NCBI GenBank assembly: GCA_023402275.1
Contig: JAEXCH010000010.1
Location: 3,842 to 67,841, forward strand
Source of the DNA: Methanobacteriota archaeon
Lineage (GTDB): Archaea; Thermoplasmatota; Thermoplasmata; Methanomassiliicoccales; Methanomethylophilaceae
Direction: 5' to 3'
DNA: 64,000 nucleotides
Position numbers and translations under genes: made by a program. The notes beneath the pieces are model-generated. The model searched no databases and had not been told where the DNA came from. It saw only the letters and a program-made list of their open reading frames with translations. Below, piece after piece: positions 48,152 through 59,423 of this stretch; the first letter of the stretch is position 1; the number at the start of each line of letters is the position of its first letter.

Positions 48152-48772
48152 TCAATCCATAGGCTGACCTACGGGGATCTTCATGTTCTGCCTTATCTCC
48201 TTTGACATCATTGCATAGAGTCCATAAAGGAATATTAGCAGATAGCAGAGATATCCTATCATGACAGCGAAGAATGCCGGCGTAGTACCGAACAAAGGCA
48301 TGATATCGATCATGCGATAGAGCATGAGAATGCATATCCCGATGAACGTTCCTGTAAGAACGAACCATATCACGCTGACGTACTTGCTCTGTTTCCTTCC
48401 AGTAACATATCCTGAGGACCCAGAAAGAACGAAACCCATTATCACACCTATCGCAGGTATGACAACACTTGTCGTAAAACTCACTCCGACCTGAGCGAGG
48501 TTGGCTGTGAAATAACAAAGTTCTCTTGTTGCAAATGCTGTACCGATGACGAGAATGAAACCGGAAAGCAAGGAGGCCTTGGTCGTGTATGAGCTATCTA
48601 CTTTCAAACCGAATGTCAGCGTCATAACACCGAACACAATACCTCCCATGTTCTGAAGGGATTGATCCTGAAAATCCTCTGCCCTGATGCTTGCCCAGAT
48701 CGTGGTAAGCAGCATTACCAGACCCAAGGTGATCATGAGCACCTTCAATATACGGCCTTCCGATATCTCCAC
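48152..48772 (-). CDS. Hypothetical polytopic membrane protein
   Basis: 206 aa and almost entirely hydrophobic, with about 6 predicted helices by eye. Confidence 0.55.
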   Translation of the reverse strand: MEISEGRILKVLMITLGLVMLLTTIWASIRAEDFQDQSLQNMGGIVFGVMTLTFGLKVDSSYTTKASLLSGFILVIGTAFATRELCYFTANLAQVGVSFTTSVVIPAIGVIMGFVLSGSSGYVTGRKQSKYVSVIWFVLTGTFIGICILMLYRMIDIMPLFGTTPAFFAVMIGYLCYLLIFLYGLYAMMSKEIRQNMKIPVGQPMD

Positions 48773-48863
48773 GATACGGGATTACATGGAATTTATTTAA
48801 ATCATATACATTCTTACAGAATTCAAGATTTTTGGCAAGGGTCAAATACTCTTTAAAGCTTTA

Positions 48864-49412
48864 TTGATGAGGATGACCATCCCAAATAAAGGCGATACAG
48901 CAGAGGTATATCTTGCTGGAGGGTGTTTCTGGGGGTTGGAAAAGGCATTCTCCTTGGTACCCGGTATTTTGGAAACCGAGTCAGGGTATGCCAACGGCGA
49001 TGAACATCTTATCCCGGACTACATGCTCGTATGTTCTGGAAAGTTCAGATATTGTGAGGCTGTGAGGATCGTCTACGATCCAGATGTCATCACTTTAACG
49101 AAATTACTGGACGTTTTCTTCATGGTCATCGACCCCACATTACTGAACCGTCAGGGGAATGACAAAGGGATACAGTACCGAACAGGGATATTCTGGACCG
49201 ATGAGGGATCAGGAAGGATAGTTGAGGAGTACGTCAGAAAGGAAAGGGAGAAGCATGACGAGTTCTTCACGGAGATCGGACCTCTCAAGAATTTCTTCAC
49301 TGCAGAGGAATATCATCAGGATTATCTCGACAAGAATCCTAACGGATATTGTCATATCCCATCGCAGGAATTGGATCACATAAGGGATATGTTCTCACAT
49401 GATTCAAAATAA
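48864..49412 (+). CDS. msrA: Peptide-methionine (S)-S-oxide reductase
   Basis: GGCFWG active-site motif and GNDKGIQYRTGIF. Confidence 0.9.
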   Translation: MMRMTIPNKGDTAEVYLAGGCFWGLEKAFSLVPGILETESGYANGDEHLIPDYMLVCSGKFRYCEAVRIVYDPDVITLTKLLDVFFMVIDPTLLNRQGNDKGIQYRTGIFWTDEGSGRIVEEYVRKEREKHDEFFTEIGPLKNFFTAEEYHQDYLDKNPNGYCHIPSQELDHIRDMFSHDSK

Positions 49413-49491
49413 CCCAGATTTATCATATTCTATCTGTATGTGTCTTATTTCGAGCATAAGGATTATATCATGGGAACGCCAAACATGACCT

Positions 49492-50406
49492 ATGGCAAAG
49501 AGAGATCTGATATCGGTATTGGATATGAAGGATGAGTGGCCGGACCTTGTGGATCTGGCGATAAAGCTCAAAGCAGAACGCGGCAACCACAACGCTCCAC
49601 TGAAAGGAAAGACGTTGGCCATGATGTTCGAGAAGCCCAGTACAAGAACGAGGATCTCCTTCGATGTTGCCATAACCGAGCTTGGAGGACACGCTCTTTA
49701 CATAGATGTATCAAAGATGCAGATGGGCCACGGCGAGACCGTTGAGGATACAGCAAAGGTGATGAGCAGATTCGTCCACGGAATAATGTACCGTGCGTTC
49801 GACTACAAGATGATGGACAAGATCGGAGAGACGGCCACCGTCCCTGTAATAAGCGGTCTTGACAATCTTGAGCATCCGTGCCAGGCACTTGCCGATATGG
49901 TCACGATCAAAGAGAAGAAAGGATCATTCCGCGGAAAGAAACTCGTGTATCTCGGTGACGGCAATAATGTCTGTAATTCGTTGCTCTATTCAAGTGCGAT
50001 AATGGGACTTGATATGATAGCCTGCTGTCCGGCAACAAGAATGCCAAATGCGGAGATAATGCTTGGTGCGGCACGCATAGCCGATGCCAACGGAAGCAAG
50101 ATTATCGCATCCCATGACCCGATGGAAGCATGCAAGGATGCTGACATACTGTACACTGATACATGGATATCCATGGGAGATGATACCTCCGAAGAGAAGG
50201 CGTTCAAGATATTCAAGGCGTATCAGATAAATTCTGAACTCCTGTCCATAGCCAAGGATGACTGTATGGTCCTTCATTGTCTCCCGGCTCACAGAGGTCA
50301 GGAGATAACCGCAGAGGTCATGGATGGCCCGAAGAGTGTTGTGTTCGATCAGGCGGAGAACCGCCTGCATGCTCAGAAAGCTGTTCTATATACACTTCTT
50401 AGATGA
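49492..50406 (+). CDS. argF: Ornithine carbamoyltransferase
   Basis: STRTR, HPCQALAD, DTWISMG, HCLPAHRG. Confidence 0.9.
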   Translation: MAKRDLISVLDMKDEWPDLVDLAIKLKAERGNHNAPLKGKTLAMMFEKPSTRTRISFDVAITELGGHALYIDVSKMQMGHGETVEDTAKVMSRFVHGIMYRAFDYKMMDKIGETATVPVISGLDNLEHPCQALADMVTIKEKKGSFRGKKLVYLGDGNNVCNSLLYSSAIMGLDMIACCPATRMPNAEIMLGAARIADANGSKIIASHDPMEACKDADILYTDTWISMGDDTSEEKAFKIFKAYQINSELLSIAKDDCMVLHCLPAHRGQEITAEVMDGPKSVVFDQAENRLHAQKAVLYTLLR

Positions 50407-51841
50407 TCTGAGAGGATACCAGATCCTCAACGATATCCAAAAACTCCTCTTCCTTTCCCTCGGGTATGGTGGCACCGGCCGCAACATTGTGGCCTCCGCC
50501 ATATCCCCCAACCATTTCTGAGGCGGTCTTCATTATGAATGAGAGGTCCAGTCCCCTATCAGTAAGGGCTCTGTTCGCTCTTGCCGAAACTTTGATACCG
50601 TCATCCGCCTCGGCGAACGCGAATATCGGGAGTTCCCTCTTTGCATCCCCGGAGTTCAGAAGTATGCCGGCGACTATTCCGACCACGGTCTCCCTTATCT
50701 CCGGACCCGCATCGAAGTACTGTACGAATCTCCGCTCTCTGAGAAGTCTGTTCTCTTTGATGTAGGAAAGTGCCGTCGATATGTTCTTCCTGTGATCGGA
50801 ACGGTTCCTGTCCGCATCCTCCATTGCCGTCATGTCACCGAGGCAGATCCTCAATCCGGTTATCGCATCATCGTATCTTCCGCATGAGTTCAGGACGGTC
50901 GCGAATTCCTTCGCATCCCTTAATCCTGTGTGTGAACCGAATCTTGTTATGGTGTAGACCTCTCCGATCAATCGTTTTCTCTTCTCTTCATCATCCAGCA
51001 TGGATAGCAATCTTTCCGTTGCCCTCTCCCTCTCATTGGTATTGAGATCGCTCCATGTCCTCTGGACGCTGCCGTTCTTCAGCGGTATGCCGAGGTCAGA
51101 GAAGAATGCCAGACATCCACCGTTATTGTCGCTGATGCCTGGTATCGAAGGGTCGCTGCTGTATTGCATGAATTGTATCAACGGGCGGTAATCCCTGCCG
51201 AAGTACCTTATGTCATTCTCAGAGGTGACATCGCCTATTTCCTCTGCTTCTTTCAGTATTATCCGGTTGTAACTTACCAGTCTGGATTCCCTGTGGTCCT
51301 GCAGATCCCCCACGGCACCTACGATCGCCAGGAATGCAAGGTCAGAATTGTTGGGATCGATGGTCTTGGACAGAAGATAGGTCATTCCCGCACCGCATAT
51401 CTCGTATGATCCTGATACTCCGTAGGAATGAGGATTGAGATGATGCACCTCGTAGAAATCGTCGATGAAGGTCTGTCTGTTCCTCCATTTATGGTCGGGT
51501 ACGTGGTGATCCGTTATGATGATCCCCGGCCTCTTGAATTCAGATAGATAGGCGCTTCCTAGATCACAGATCCATATGATGTCCTCGGTGGAGTTGTTTA
51601 TGGCATCGATCGTATCCTCGGTGATCTTCTTCTCGAACACCATCGTATAATCCTTGCCCAATCTTTCCAATGTGGTCGCGGCTATGCCGCCCGAGGATAT
51701 CCCGTCCGCATCTATGTGAGTGATCACTCTGACAGTGTCGGCAGCCTTCAAGGTCCTGGCAGCCTTTTCCAGATCATTCAGTAATCGTTTGTCAAAAGTG
51801 CAGGTTCCATCCATATTGACCTTGGCCTCATTCCGTATCAC
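50399..51841 (-). CDS. DHH-family phosphoesterase, archaeal RecJ-like
   Basis: HIDADGISS, ITDHH, and the DHHA1 motif GGGHNVAAG. Confidence 0.75.
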   Translation of the reverse strand: MIRNEAKVNMDGTCTFDKRLLNDLEKAARTLKAADTVRVITHIDADGISSGGIAATTLERLGKDYTMVFEKKITEDTIDAINNSTEDIIWICDLGSAYLSEFKRPGIIITDHHVPDHKWRNRQTFIDDFYEVHHLNPHSYGVSGSYEICGAGMTYLLSKTIDPNNSDLAFLAIVGAVGDLQDHRESRLVSYNRIILKEAEEIGDVTSENDIRYFGRDYRPLIQFMQYSSDPSIPGISDNNGGCLAFFSDLGIPLKNGSVQRTWSDLNTNERERATERLLSMLDDEEKRKRLIGEVYTITRFGSHTGLRDAKEFATVLNSCGRYDDAITGLRICLGDMTAMEDADRNRSDHRKNISTALSYIKENRLLRERRFVQYFDAGPEIRETVVGIVAGILLNSGDAKRELPIFAFAEADDGIKVSARANRALTDRGLDLSFIMKTASEMVGGYGGGHNVAAGATIPEGKEEEFLDIVEDLVSSQII

Positions 51842-51903
51842 GGACCAACCAGAAAAACTATTCCATAAAACCAGATTAATATGAGCAATCCCATCAAGAC
51901 ATC

Positions 51904-52626
51904 ATGAGGACATGTGAGATCCTTCCGGGAGTAAAGGTAACGAACGACAGGTGCCTGATACTTGAAGATGGGCCCACCGTCGTTCTCGGTGATCTCCATC
52001 TCGGTTACGAAAGTGCTCTGGAGGAGGAAGGTATGTACATCCCTAGGATGAATACCCAATCCATCAGGGATGCAATCAACGAAATACTTTCGGAATACGA
52101 ACCTAGAAGGGTGGTTCTTCTGGGAGACATAAAACACGATTTCAAAAGGTCCAAACGCGAGGCAAGGGAAGAGGTCAGGAAGATAGTGGACCTTCTTCTG
52201 GAAGCGGCCGATGTCATAGTTGTAAAGGGGAATCACGACAATTTCCTGCAGAACATCCTGTCAGACATGGGGCTTATGGCCGTGGATCACATAGATATCG
52301 GAGGATTCCGCATGGAACACGGGCATGTGGATTCTCAGGTCAGGCCTGTCATCATCGGTCATGAGCATCCTTCAGTAAGGATACCGGGCGTTATGAGCGG
52401 GGGCATGAAGATACACTGTTTCGTTCATCAGAAGGAGGACGGGGTCATCGTCCTTCCTCCATTCAGTCCTTTCTCTGCCGGCAACGATCTCGTTCTGGAC
52501 GGAAAATGCATCATGGCTCCGGCATTGGGCACTTCAAATTATTCCGAGGCGGACATATACGGGGTGTCCGAGGTAGGGATAATGAAACTCGGAAAACTCA
52601 GGGATGTAATGGATATAAATCTCTGA
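51904..52626 (+). CDS. Calcineurin-like metallophosphoesterase
   Basis: GDLHLG, GDIKHD, GNHD, GHEH. Confidence 0.75.
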   Translation: MRTCEILPGVKVTNDRCLILEDGPTVVLGDLHLGYESALEEEGMYIPRMNTQSIRDAINEILSEYEPRRVVLLGDIKHDFKRSKREAREEVRKIVDLLLEAADVIVVKGNHDNFLQNILSDMGLMAVDHIDIGGFRMEHGHVDSQVRPVIIGHEHPSVRIPGVMSGGMKIHCFVHQKEDGVIVLPPFSPFSAGNDLVLDGKCIMAPALGTSNYSEADIYGVSEVGIMKLGKLRDVMDINL

Positions 52627-52717
52627 TGCCGATGTGAAAAAGGTTCGAAAACCATATGATATAACATCATAGCCTACCCAATTAAATAACTGTATTCTAT
52701 TTCGAGCTTTAGGAGAT

Positions 52718-53764
52718 ATGCATATGTCAATGACTCCAAGAGAAAGAGTAATCTCAGCAATGAAGATGGAAGAGCTCGACAGGCCTCCGGTGGCAATTTT
52801 CACCCAGGCCGCTACGATCGGGCAGATGGACAAGGTCGGTGCCGCATGGCCCGAAGCCCACAAACAGGCAGACCTTATGGCAAAACTAGGAACCGCACAG
52901 GCAGACATGTTCGGATTTGAATGTGTAAGGGCACCATTCTGTCTCACAGCAGAGGCTGAGAGACTCGGATGCAGGGTTCAGGTAGACAAGAAGGACGCAG
53001 CACCCATGATCAAGGAGCACCCGTTCCACTTCGACCCTATGACCGGCGAGTACGATGACCCCGCAGCACTCATGTCCCCTGAGGAGTTCCTTCAGGGCGG
53101 CAGGCCCGCAGAGGCAATCAAAGCAATGGCCCTCATGAAGAAATCACACGGCGAGGAATTCGCTGTTGTCGCAGGTAACACCGGACCATTCACCCTTGCA
53201 GGTCACATGATCAACACCGAGAACATGGTCTTCGGTATGATGATGGCACCCGAAGAGGTATCAAGATGGGTAGCAGGTGTAAACCCTATAGTGAAGGCAT
53301 ACACCCAGGCACTCGCAGATGCAGGTGCGGACGCAATTCAGATGTCCGAGCCTTCCGCATCCACAGATATGCTCGCACCCGACATGTTCGAGGACGCATC
53401 CGGTAAATTCGTAAGGGAGAGCCTTGCAACCGTTAAGGACGCATTCTCGGTCCTCCACATCTGCGGAGACACATACCCCATACTTGACGGTATGATCGCC
53501 ACGAACGTGACAGGAATGTCCATCGAGGAGAAGGTCGACCCCTTCAAAGCGACTGAGAAGGTCAACAAGAGAGCAGTGCTCGTAGGAAACGTAGGATCCG
53601 TCAAGCCTCTCTTCCAGGGAACACCGGAAGAGGTCAAGGCCGCTGCAGAGAACTGCTGCAAGGCAGGATTCAACGTAATATCCTCTGGTTGCGGTGTTGC
53701 ATCAGCAACGACCAACGAGAACATGCAGGCCCTTGTTGACGCAGTTAAGGCCTACAAGAACTGA
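52718..53764 (+). CDS. mtaA: Methylcobamide:coenzyme M methyltransferase (MtaA/MtbA family, URO-D fold)
   Basis: URO-D-like length and layout. Zn-ligand contexts LHICGDT and ISSGCGVA. Lies next to the mcr operon. Substrate subtype is not resolvable by eye. Confidence 0.75.
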   Translation: MHMSMTPRERVISAMKMEELDRPPVAIFTQAATIGQMDKVGAAWPEAHKQADLMAKLGTAQADMFGFECVRAPFCLTAEAERLGCRVQVDKKDAAPMIKEHPFHFDPMTGEYDDPAALMSPEEFLQGGRPAEAIKAMALMKKSHGEEFAVVAGNTGPFTLAGHMINTENMVFGMMMAPEEVSRWVAGVNPIVKAYTQALADAGADAIQMSEPSASTDMLAPDMFEDASGKFVRESLATVKDAFSVLHICGDTYPILDGMIATNVTGMSIEEKVDPFKATEKVNKRAVLVGNVGSVKPLFQGTPEEVKAAAENCCKAGFNVISSGCGVASATTNENMQALVDAVKAYKN

Positions 53765-53858
53765 ATGTAAGAACAAACCCTTTCCAAACCATTTACCATT
53801 TTGTCATTTTGTTTTCGGATGCATATGTTTATTCGTTCACACATCGATACTGTCCCTC

Positions 53859-54569
53859 ATGTCCGACATACTGAGAACCAATGCAGATTATGCAAAGAAG
53901 CTCAAGACGATATTGAAGCTCAGAGCCGAACCTGTTGCGGTGAAACTGATCAAGGAGGGTGATGAATGTCCCGAGGGCCCTAAGATACCCGATTCACAGA
54001 TAAGCCATTGTCAGGCGATATTCCGCGCCAAGAAAGGCGAGTGCATCCGTATGCCGTTCGAGTCCCAAAGCTGCCATGTCGGAGCAGCAGTGCTTGGAAT
54101 GACAGAGACACCGGCCAAGGTGGCGTCCGGCGAGTTCCATGCGGGTGTAGGCATCCATGATTCGGCGGATGCCGCGAAGAGGATGATAGACGACAGGATA
54201 CTCATACCTTACAAGACATCTGGGGAAGTGGTGTGCCCTCTTGAGAAGGCGGATTTCGTTCCGGATGTGGTGGTGATCATAGATGTTGTGGAGAGGATAT
54301 ATTGGATAACCTCGATGATGACCGCTTCCAAAGGAGGAAGGGCGACATTCAGCACAGCCCCGTTCCAATGTGCGTGCGAAGATGTTGTTGCGTTACCAAT
54401 GGTAAATGATGTTCCCAATGTCTCGTTGGGATGCTTCGGATGCAGGAAGAAGACCGATATGGCGCCCGATGAACTCGCATGCGGGATACCTTACGACCTG
54501 ATCCCGGAATACGTCTCTAGACTGGAAAGGTATTCGGAAGGTGCGCTCTCCAAGGCAAAACGCGACTAA
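53859..54569 (+). CDS. DUF169-like protein
   Basis: MSDILRTNADYAKKLKTILKLRAEPVAVKLIKEG resembles DUF169 N-termini (from memory). ATG 53859 chosen because the longer ORF in the track overlaps the mtaA 3' end. Confidence 0.55.
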   Translation: MSDILRTNADYAKKLKTILKLRAEPVAVKLIKEGDECPEGPKIPDSQISHCQAIFRAKKGECIRMPFESQSCHVGAAVLGMTETPAKVASGEFHAGVGIHDSADAAKRMIDDRILIPYKTSGEVVCPLEKADFVPDVVVIIDVVERIYWITSMMTASKGGRATFSTAPFQCACEDVVALPMVNDVPNVSLGCFGCRKKTDMAPDELACGIPYDLIPEYVSRLERYSEGALSKAKRD

Positions 54570-54757
54570 ACCAATTAGTGTTATTTTATTCTGTTTTGAT
54601 GATAACATGTTATACGCTGTTTTTGATAATGTTGTTACCATAGAGAATTTATAAATACTAGGGAAAGGACCAAAACCTACGATATCGGATATTTTCGGTT
54701 CGCCGAAATGTTGAAAAATCATCATTTTTGTTCAAAAACCACATATTTTCGCATGGG

Positions 54758-54766
54758 TTTAAATTA
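54758..54766 (+). promoter_or_regulatory. Candidate TATA box for the mcr operon
   Basis: tttaaatta lies 81-89 nt upstream of the mcrB ATG, in an AT-rich 277-nt intergenic region. A second candidate, atttataaatac, sits near 54645. Confidence 0.35.
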
Positions 54767-54798
54767 GATAATACATTAACCTACCTCGCAAGGGGAAT

Positions 54799-54820
54799 GC
54801 GAAAAACTGACGATTTTCGC
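54799..54820 (+). promoter_or_regulatory. Hairpin in the putative mcrB 5' leader
   Basis: gcgaaaa (54799-54805) pairs with ttttcgc (54814-54820) around an 8-nt loop. It lies 14 nt upstream of the AGGAGG at 54835-54840. Confidence 0.4.
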
Positions 54821-54846
54821 GAATTATTTGAACAAGGAGGTATGAA

Positions 54847-56175
54847 ATGCCAAAATACAAGGACGTAGTTGACCTGTATGACGACAACGGAAAACGCATA
54901 GCGAAAGAAGTTCCGTTGGAAGCCATCAGTCCTCTGCGCAACAATGCGATCAAGAGGATCGTGTCTCTTACCAAGAGAACTGTGGCTGTCAACCTTGCCG
55001 GAATCGAGAAGGCTCTCAAGACCGGTAACATGGCTGGCGCCCAGATCAAAGGGAAAGAGGTAGACATAAAACTTGTCGACAGCGCAAAGAAAATTGCAGC
55101 AGCAGTCAAGGAAAAAGTGCAGGTAGTTGCCGATGACGACACAGTCGTCACAATAAAGGCAGACGGGAAGAGCTTGGTCGTAATAGTACCGGAAGCAAGA
55201 GTGAACTCAGGTGTAGAATACACAACCGGTTTCACTGCAGTAGCATCCGCAGTAACAGAGGCGATCATTGACGAGTTCAAGATCCCCATGTACAAGGCCA
55301 ACATGGTAAAGGCAGCAGTTTGGGGAAGATACCCTCAGACAGTCGGATTCGACGGTGCCAACGTAAAATCCATATTGGACATCCCACAGAACAACGAGGG
55401 AGCAGGTTACGCACTCAGGAACATCATGGCGAACCACGTCGTCGCACTTGTCAACAAGAACGCGATGCAGGGTGTAGCACTCTCGGCAATATTCGAGCAG
55501 TGCGGTGCATATGAGATGGGTGACGCGATCGGAAACTTCGAGAGAAGCCACCTCCTCGGTCTCGCATATCAGGGACTTAATGCTAACAACATGTTGTACA
55601 CCATTGTCAAGAAGAACGGAAAGACCGGAACGGTCGGTACCGTTATCGAATCCCTTATGGCAAGGGCAATAGACGATGGCGTCATATACGTAAAAGAGAC
55701 CCTTCCCTCAGGCTACAAGGTGTACTCCACAAAGGACCTTCCTCTGTGGAACGCATACGCAGCCGTCGGACAGGTCGCAGCCGTCATGGTGAACGTCGGT
55801 GCAGCAAGAGCAGCACAGGGAGTTCCCGGAACCGTTCTGTACTACAACGATCTGCTCGAGCACGAGACCGGACTGCCCGGTGTCGATTACGGAAGATCCG
55901 AAGGAGTCGGTGTCGGTATGTCATTCTTCTCCCACTCGATCTATGGAGGAGGAGGACCCGGTCTGTTCCACGGAAACCACGTGGTCACAAGACACTCCAA
56001 GGGAGTTCTGATCCCCGCAGTCACTGCAGCCAACTGTCTTGACGGAGGAACACAGACCTTCTCGCCTGAAGCAACATCCGGACTCATCAAAGAGGTTTTC
56101 GGAGACATGACTGAATTCCGCACACCTATGCAGGTCGTAGGTGCAGAGGCGAAGAAGATCGCAAAGAAGGTCTGA
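54847..56175 (+). CDS. mcrB: Methyl-coenzyme M reductase subunit beta
   Basis: 442 aa, first gene of the B-D-G-A order, with a typical [13 protein letters not shown] start. AGGAGG lies 7 nt upstream. Confidence 0.9.
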   Translation: MPKYKDVVDLYDDNGKRIAKEVPLEAISPLRNNAIKRIVSLTKRTVAVNLAGIEKALKTGNMAGAQIKGKEVDIKLVDSAKKIAAAVKEKVQVVADDDTVVTIKADGKSLVVIVPEARVNSGVEYTTGFTAVASAVTEAIIDEFKIPMYKANMVKAAVWGRYPQTVGFDGANVKSILDIPQNNEGAGYALRNIMANHVVALVNKNAMQGVALSAIFEQCGAYEMGDAIGNFERSHLLGLAYQGLNANNMLYTIVKKNGKTGTVGTVIESLMARAIDDGVIYVKETLPSGYKVYSTKDLPLWNAYAAVGQVAAVMVNVGAARAAQGVPGTVLYYNDLLEHETGLPGVDYGRSEGVGVGMSFFSHSIYGGGGPGLFHGNHVVTRHSKGVLIPAVTAANCLDGGTQTFSPEATSGLIKEVFGDMTEFRTPMQVVGAEAKKIAKKV

Positions 56176-56182
56176 GTTGTCT

Positions 56183-56626
56183 ATGTCGAGTGAACCAACA
56201 GTAGATTACGCGGGAATACCACTTCCCGAAGTAGAGATATTCTCAAATGCTCTGCTCAGCGCCGAGACGACCGAAAAGGTACTCAATGCGCTTGAGCCGA
56301 TCGAGCACATCAGACAGATAAACATGACCGGTGAGAGCATATCGAAGAATCTCAACAGCGGTCCCGGAAAAGGGCTACCGAACAACCACTCCGAGCGCAA
56401 GGTGATAAAGGTCGGCGGGCGTGACGTAGAGTTGAGATTCATGGTCGGAGCTTTCTACATCGAATTGGATGTGGACAGCGAAGCACTGCTCGATGAGACC
56501 GTTGAGAAGATCAAGGCAGCCTGTGAGGAAACAATGCCTCTCGGGTTCAGCGTAAATGTAGGAAGATACTCGAAATACAGAAAGACACTCAGAGATTACA
56601 GAGGTGAAAATTATGGCAACATATAA
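56183..56626 (+). CDS. mcrD: Methyl-coenzyme M reductase operon protein D
   Basis: About 147 aa between mcrB and mcrG. ATG 56183 chosen, directly after the mcrB stop. Confidence 0.8.
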   Translation: MSSEPTVDYAGIPLPEVEIFSNALLSAETTEKVLNALEPIEHIRQINMTGESISKNLNSGPGKGLPNNHSERKVIKVGGRDVELRFMVGAFYIELDVDSEALLDETVEKIKAACEETMPLGFSVNVGRYSKYRKTLRDYRGENYGNI

Positions 56627-57389
56627 GAGACAGTTCTACCCCGGAACCACATCCCCTGCTAAAAACAGAAGGAGATACATGGATCCTAAGGCGAACTTGA
56701 AGAAACTTCGCGATGTATCCATGGACGACGTCGTCAGGATAATGGGACACCGCAACCCCGGAGAGGACTACAAATCCATCCACCCCCCGATCGAGGAGGG
56801 CAAAGAGCCCGACTGTCCGATAAGGAAACTTGTCGTACCGATCGAGGGAGCAAAGAAAGGAGACAGGATCAGGTACATACAGTTCACTGATTCGGTCTAC
56901 TTCGCACCGATATCCCCCTACCAGAGGGCATGGATGTACCTTTCAAGGTACAGAGGTATCGACACCGGAACACTGTCCGGAAGACAGATCATCGAGATAA
57001 GGGAGAGGGACCTTGAGAAACTCGCCAAAGAGATGATCGACAATGAGACCTTCGACCCCGCACTTACCGGTATCAGAGGAGCAACAGTTCACGGACACGC
57101 ATGCCGTCTCGATGAGAACGGTCTGATGTTCGATGCCTGGCAGAGATACGTTTGGGACAAGGACAAGAAAGAAGTAGTTTACGTTAAGGATCAGGTCGCC
57201 ATCCCCCTCGATAGGAGGATCGCCGTTGGAAAACCAGCGTCAATGAACGACCTTAAGAAGAGGACAACGATCTTCAGAGCCGACGGCGTGGACATGAGGG
57301 ATGACAAAGAAGTTACTGAATACGGACTCAGGATCCACAAGCTCAGGACACTTGGTGGCTATCAGCCCTTCAATGTAAAGGATGTGTAA
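56613..57389 (+). CDS. mcrG: Methyl-coenzyme M reductase subunit gamma
   Basis: [25 protein letters not shown] is a typical McrG N-terminus. GAGGTG lies upstream of ATG 56613. Confidence 0.9.
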   Translation: MATYKRQFYPGTTSPAKNRRRYMDPKANLKKLRDVSMDDVVRIMGHRNPGEDYKSIHPPIEEGKEPDCPIRKLVVPIEGAKKGDRIRYIQFTDSVYFAPISPYQRAWMYLSRYRGIDTGTLSGRQIIEIRERDLEKLAKEMIDNETFDPALTGIRGATVHGHACRLDENGLMFDAWQRYVWDKDKKEVVYVKDQVAIPLDRRIAVGKPASMNDLKKRTTIFRADGVDMRDDKEVTEYGLRIHKLRTLGGYQPFNVKDV

Positions 57390-57391
57390 AC

Positions 57392-59056
57392 ATGGCCGGC
57401 AAACAGAAAGAAAAGCTTTTCATGGAAGCTGTCAAGAAGAAGTTCAAAGAGGACCCAACCGACATGGAGACGAAATATTACGTCTATGGAGGATGGAAAC
57501 AGTCCAAGAGCAAAGTGGAATTCCAGAAATCAGCAGAGGAGATCGCAAAGAAGCGCGGTTTCCCTATGATGAACGAGGACATCGGTGTCCCGCTCGGACA
57601 GAGGTCATGGATGCCCTACCAGCTGTCACACACTGACATCTATGTAGAGGCAGACGATCTCCACTGTGTCAACAACCCTGCTATCCAGCAGGCATGGGAT
57701 GACATCAGGAGGACCGTCCTTGTTGGTCTCGACTCCCCTCACAGCACGATCGAGAAGAGATTGGGAAAAGAGGTAACACCCGAGACCATCAACTCATATC
57801 TGGAAGTTGTTAACCACACAATGCCCGGTGGAGCAGTTGTTCAGGAGCACATGGCAGAGGTCAACCCTGCATTGGTGTACGACTCGTACGTCAAAGTGTT
57901 CTCCGGAGACGACGACCTGATCGATGAGATCGACTCAAGGTTCGTCATCGACATCAACAAACTCTTCCCCAAGGCTCAGGCAGAGCAGTTGAAGAAAGCG
58001 ATCGGAAAAACCCTGATGCAGGCTGTCCGCGTTCCTACCATCGTAGGAAGGCTCATGGACGGTGCAACTGTATCCAGGCACGCAGCTATGCAGATCTCGA
58101 TGGCTTTCATCTCCTCCTACAAACTCGCAGCAGGAGAGGCAGCTATCGCAGACTTCGCATACTCTGCTAAGCACCAGTCTATCAACATGGGAACCATGAT
58201 GCCCGCAAGGCGTGCAAGAGGACCCAACGAACCCGGAGGAATACCCTTCGGATTCTTTGCTGATATGCTTCAGTCCGACCGTGTCTATCCTGACGACCCG
58301 GGAAGAGCAGTTCTCGAGACAGTCGGTCTCGGTGCAGCGATCTTCGACCAGGTCTACCTCGGTGGATACATGTCCGGTGGTGTAGGATTCACTCAGTACG
58401 CAACAGCGACATACACTGATAACATCCTCGAGGACTACGTCTACTACGCCATTGACAGGATCAATGACAAGTATGGCGGATTCTGTAAATTGGATCCCTC
58501 AAAGTACGACGAGCTCCTCAAACTCGGAGACGACGTCAACGCATACGCATTGGAGATGTACGAGAGATACCCCGCTGTCATGGAGACACACTTCGGTGGA
58601 TCCCAGAGAGCGACCGTTGCAGCAGCAACGACCGGTATCGCCGGATCGATGGCTACCGGTGTAGCAGACTGCGGTCTGAACATGTGGTACCTTTCAATGC
58701 TCCAGCACAAGGAGAGGACAGGAAGGCTCGGATTCTACGGATACGACCTGCAGGACCAGTGCGGTTCCGCGAACTCGTTCTCATACAGGTCCGACGAGGG
58801 TCTGCCTGCTGAGCTCAGAGGTCCGAACTACCCCAACTACGCAATGAACGTCGGTCACCTGTCTGGATACTCCGGTATCGCAAAGGCAGCTCACGTCGCA
58901 CGTGGAGACGCATACACCGCCAATCCCTTCATACGTGTCGCATTCGCAGATCCCAGCTTGATCTTCGACTTCGCGAACATCACGAAGGAGATCGGAAGAG
59001 GTGGACTCAGAGAGTTCGTCCCCGCCGGCGAGAGGACCGCGGTCATCAAAGGCTGA
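57392..59056 (+). CDS. mcrA: Methyl-coenzyme M reductase subunit alpha
   Basis: [44 protein letters not shown]. 554 aa. Confidence 0.95.
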   Translation: MAGKQKEKLFMEAVKKKFKEDPTDMETKYYVYGGWKQSKSKVEFQKSAEEIAKKRGFPMMNEDIGVPLGQRSWMPYQLSHTDIYVEADDLHCVNNPAIQQAWDDIRRTVLVGLDSPHSTIEKRLGKEVTPETINSYLEVVNHTMPGGAVVQEHMAEVNPALVYDSYVKVFSGDDDLIDEIDSRFVIDINKLFPKAQAEQLKKAIGKTLMQAVRVPTIVGRLMDGATVSRHAAMQISMAFISSYKLAAGEAAIADFAYSAKHQSINMGTMMPARRARGPNEPGGIPFGFFADMLQSDRVYPDDPGRAVLETVGLGAAIFDQVYLGGYMSGGVGFTQYATATYTDNILEDYVYYAIDRINDKYGGFCKLDPSKYDELLKLGDDVNAYALEMYERYPAVMETHFGGSQRATVAAATTGIAGSMATGVADCGLNMWYLSMLQHKERTGRLGFYGYDLQDQCGSANSFSYRSDEGLPAELRGPNYPNYAMNVGHLSGYSGIAKAAHVARGDAYTANPFIRVAFADPSLIFDFANITKEIGRGGLREFVPAGERTAVIKG

Positions 59057-59061
59057 TCCCG

Positions 59062-59355
59062 ATGGTGGCAGTAGGGGACATACTGAAGTACATACCGACA
59101 TCGACGGTCGGAAAGGTAACGGATGTCAGGGAGAGGGATGGAAAGGTCTGGGTGAAACTGGACTTCACGAACCTCTACTACGACTTCGAATACCTGAAGA
59201 CCGCAGACCCGTCGGAGTACAAGGCGGTCTCCTACAAAGAGCGTGAAAAGAACACCGCCGAAGGGCGTGAGGGCGCAGAGAAGGCACTTGAAGAACTCCG
59301 CAAAACGGAGGAAGAAGTGGATATCCGTGACTTCACACCAAGCGGCGGTGGATAA
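59062..59355 (+). CDS. Small conserved-looking hypothetical protein downstream of mcrA (possibly DUF2098-like)
   Basis: 97-aa ORF starting 6 nt after the mcrA stop, with a hairpin/T-tract immediately after it. Family assignment is from memory only. Confidence 0.55.
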   Translation: MVAVGDILKYIPTSTVGKVTDVRERDGKVWVKLDFTNLYYDFEYLKTADPSEYKAVSYKEREKNTAEGREGAEKALEELRKTEEEVDIRDFTPSGGG

Positions 59356-59380
59356 ACCCCTTTAATCCTTTTACTTTCAT

Positions 59381-59406
59381 CTCCCTCTTCGGAGGGAGTT
59401 TTTTTT
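59381..59406 (+). terminator. Hairpin plus T8 tract ending the mcr transcription unit
   Basis: ctccctc-ttcg-gagggag (59381-59398) followed by tttttttt (59399-59406). It sits between convergent genes. Confidence 0.6.
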
Positions 59407-59423
59407 AATAAAATAAAAAAAGA

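Noticed and set aside
53694-53858. N-terminal extension of the DUF169-like ORF.
   Set aside because: It overlaps the mtaA 3' end and an intergenic spacer. The translation is Pro/Arg/Thr/Cys-rich nonsense until MSDILRT.
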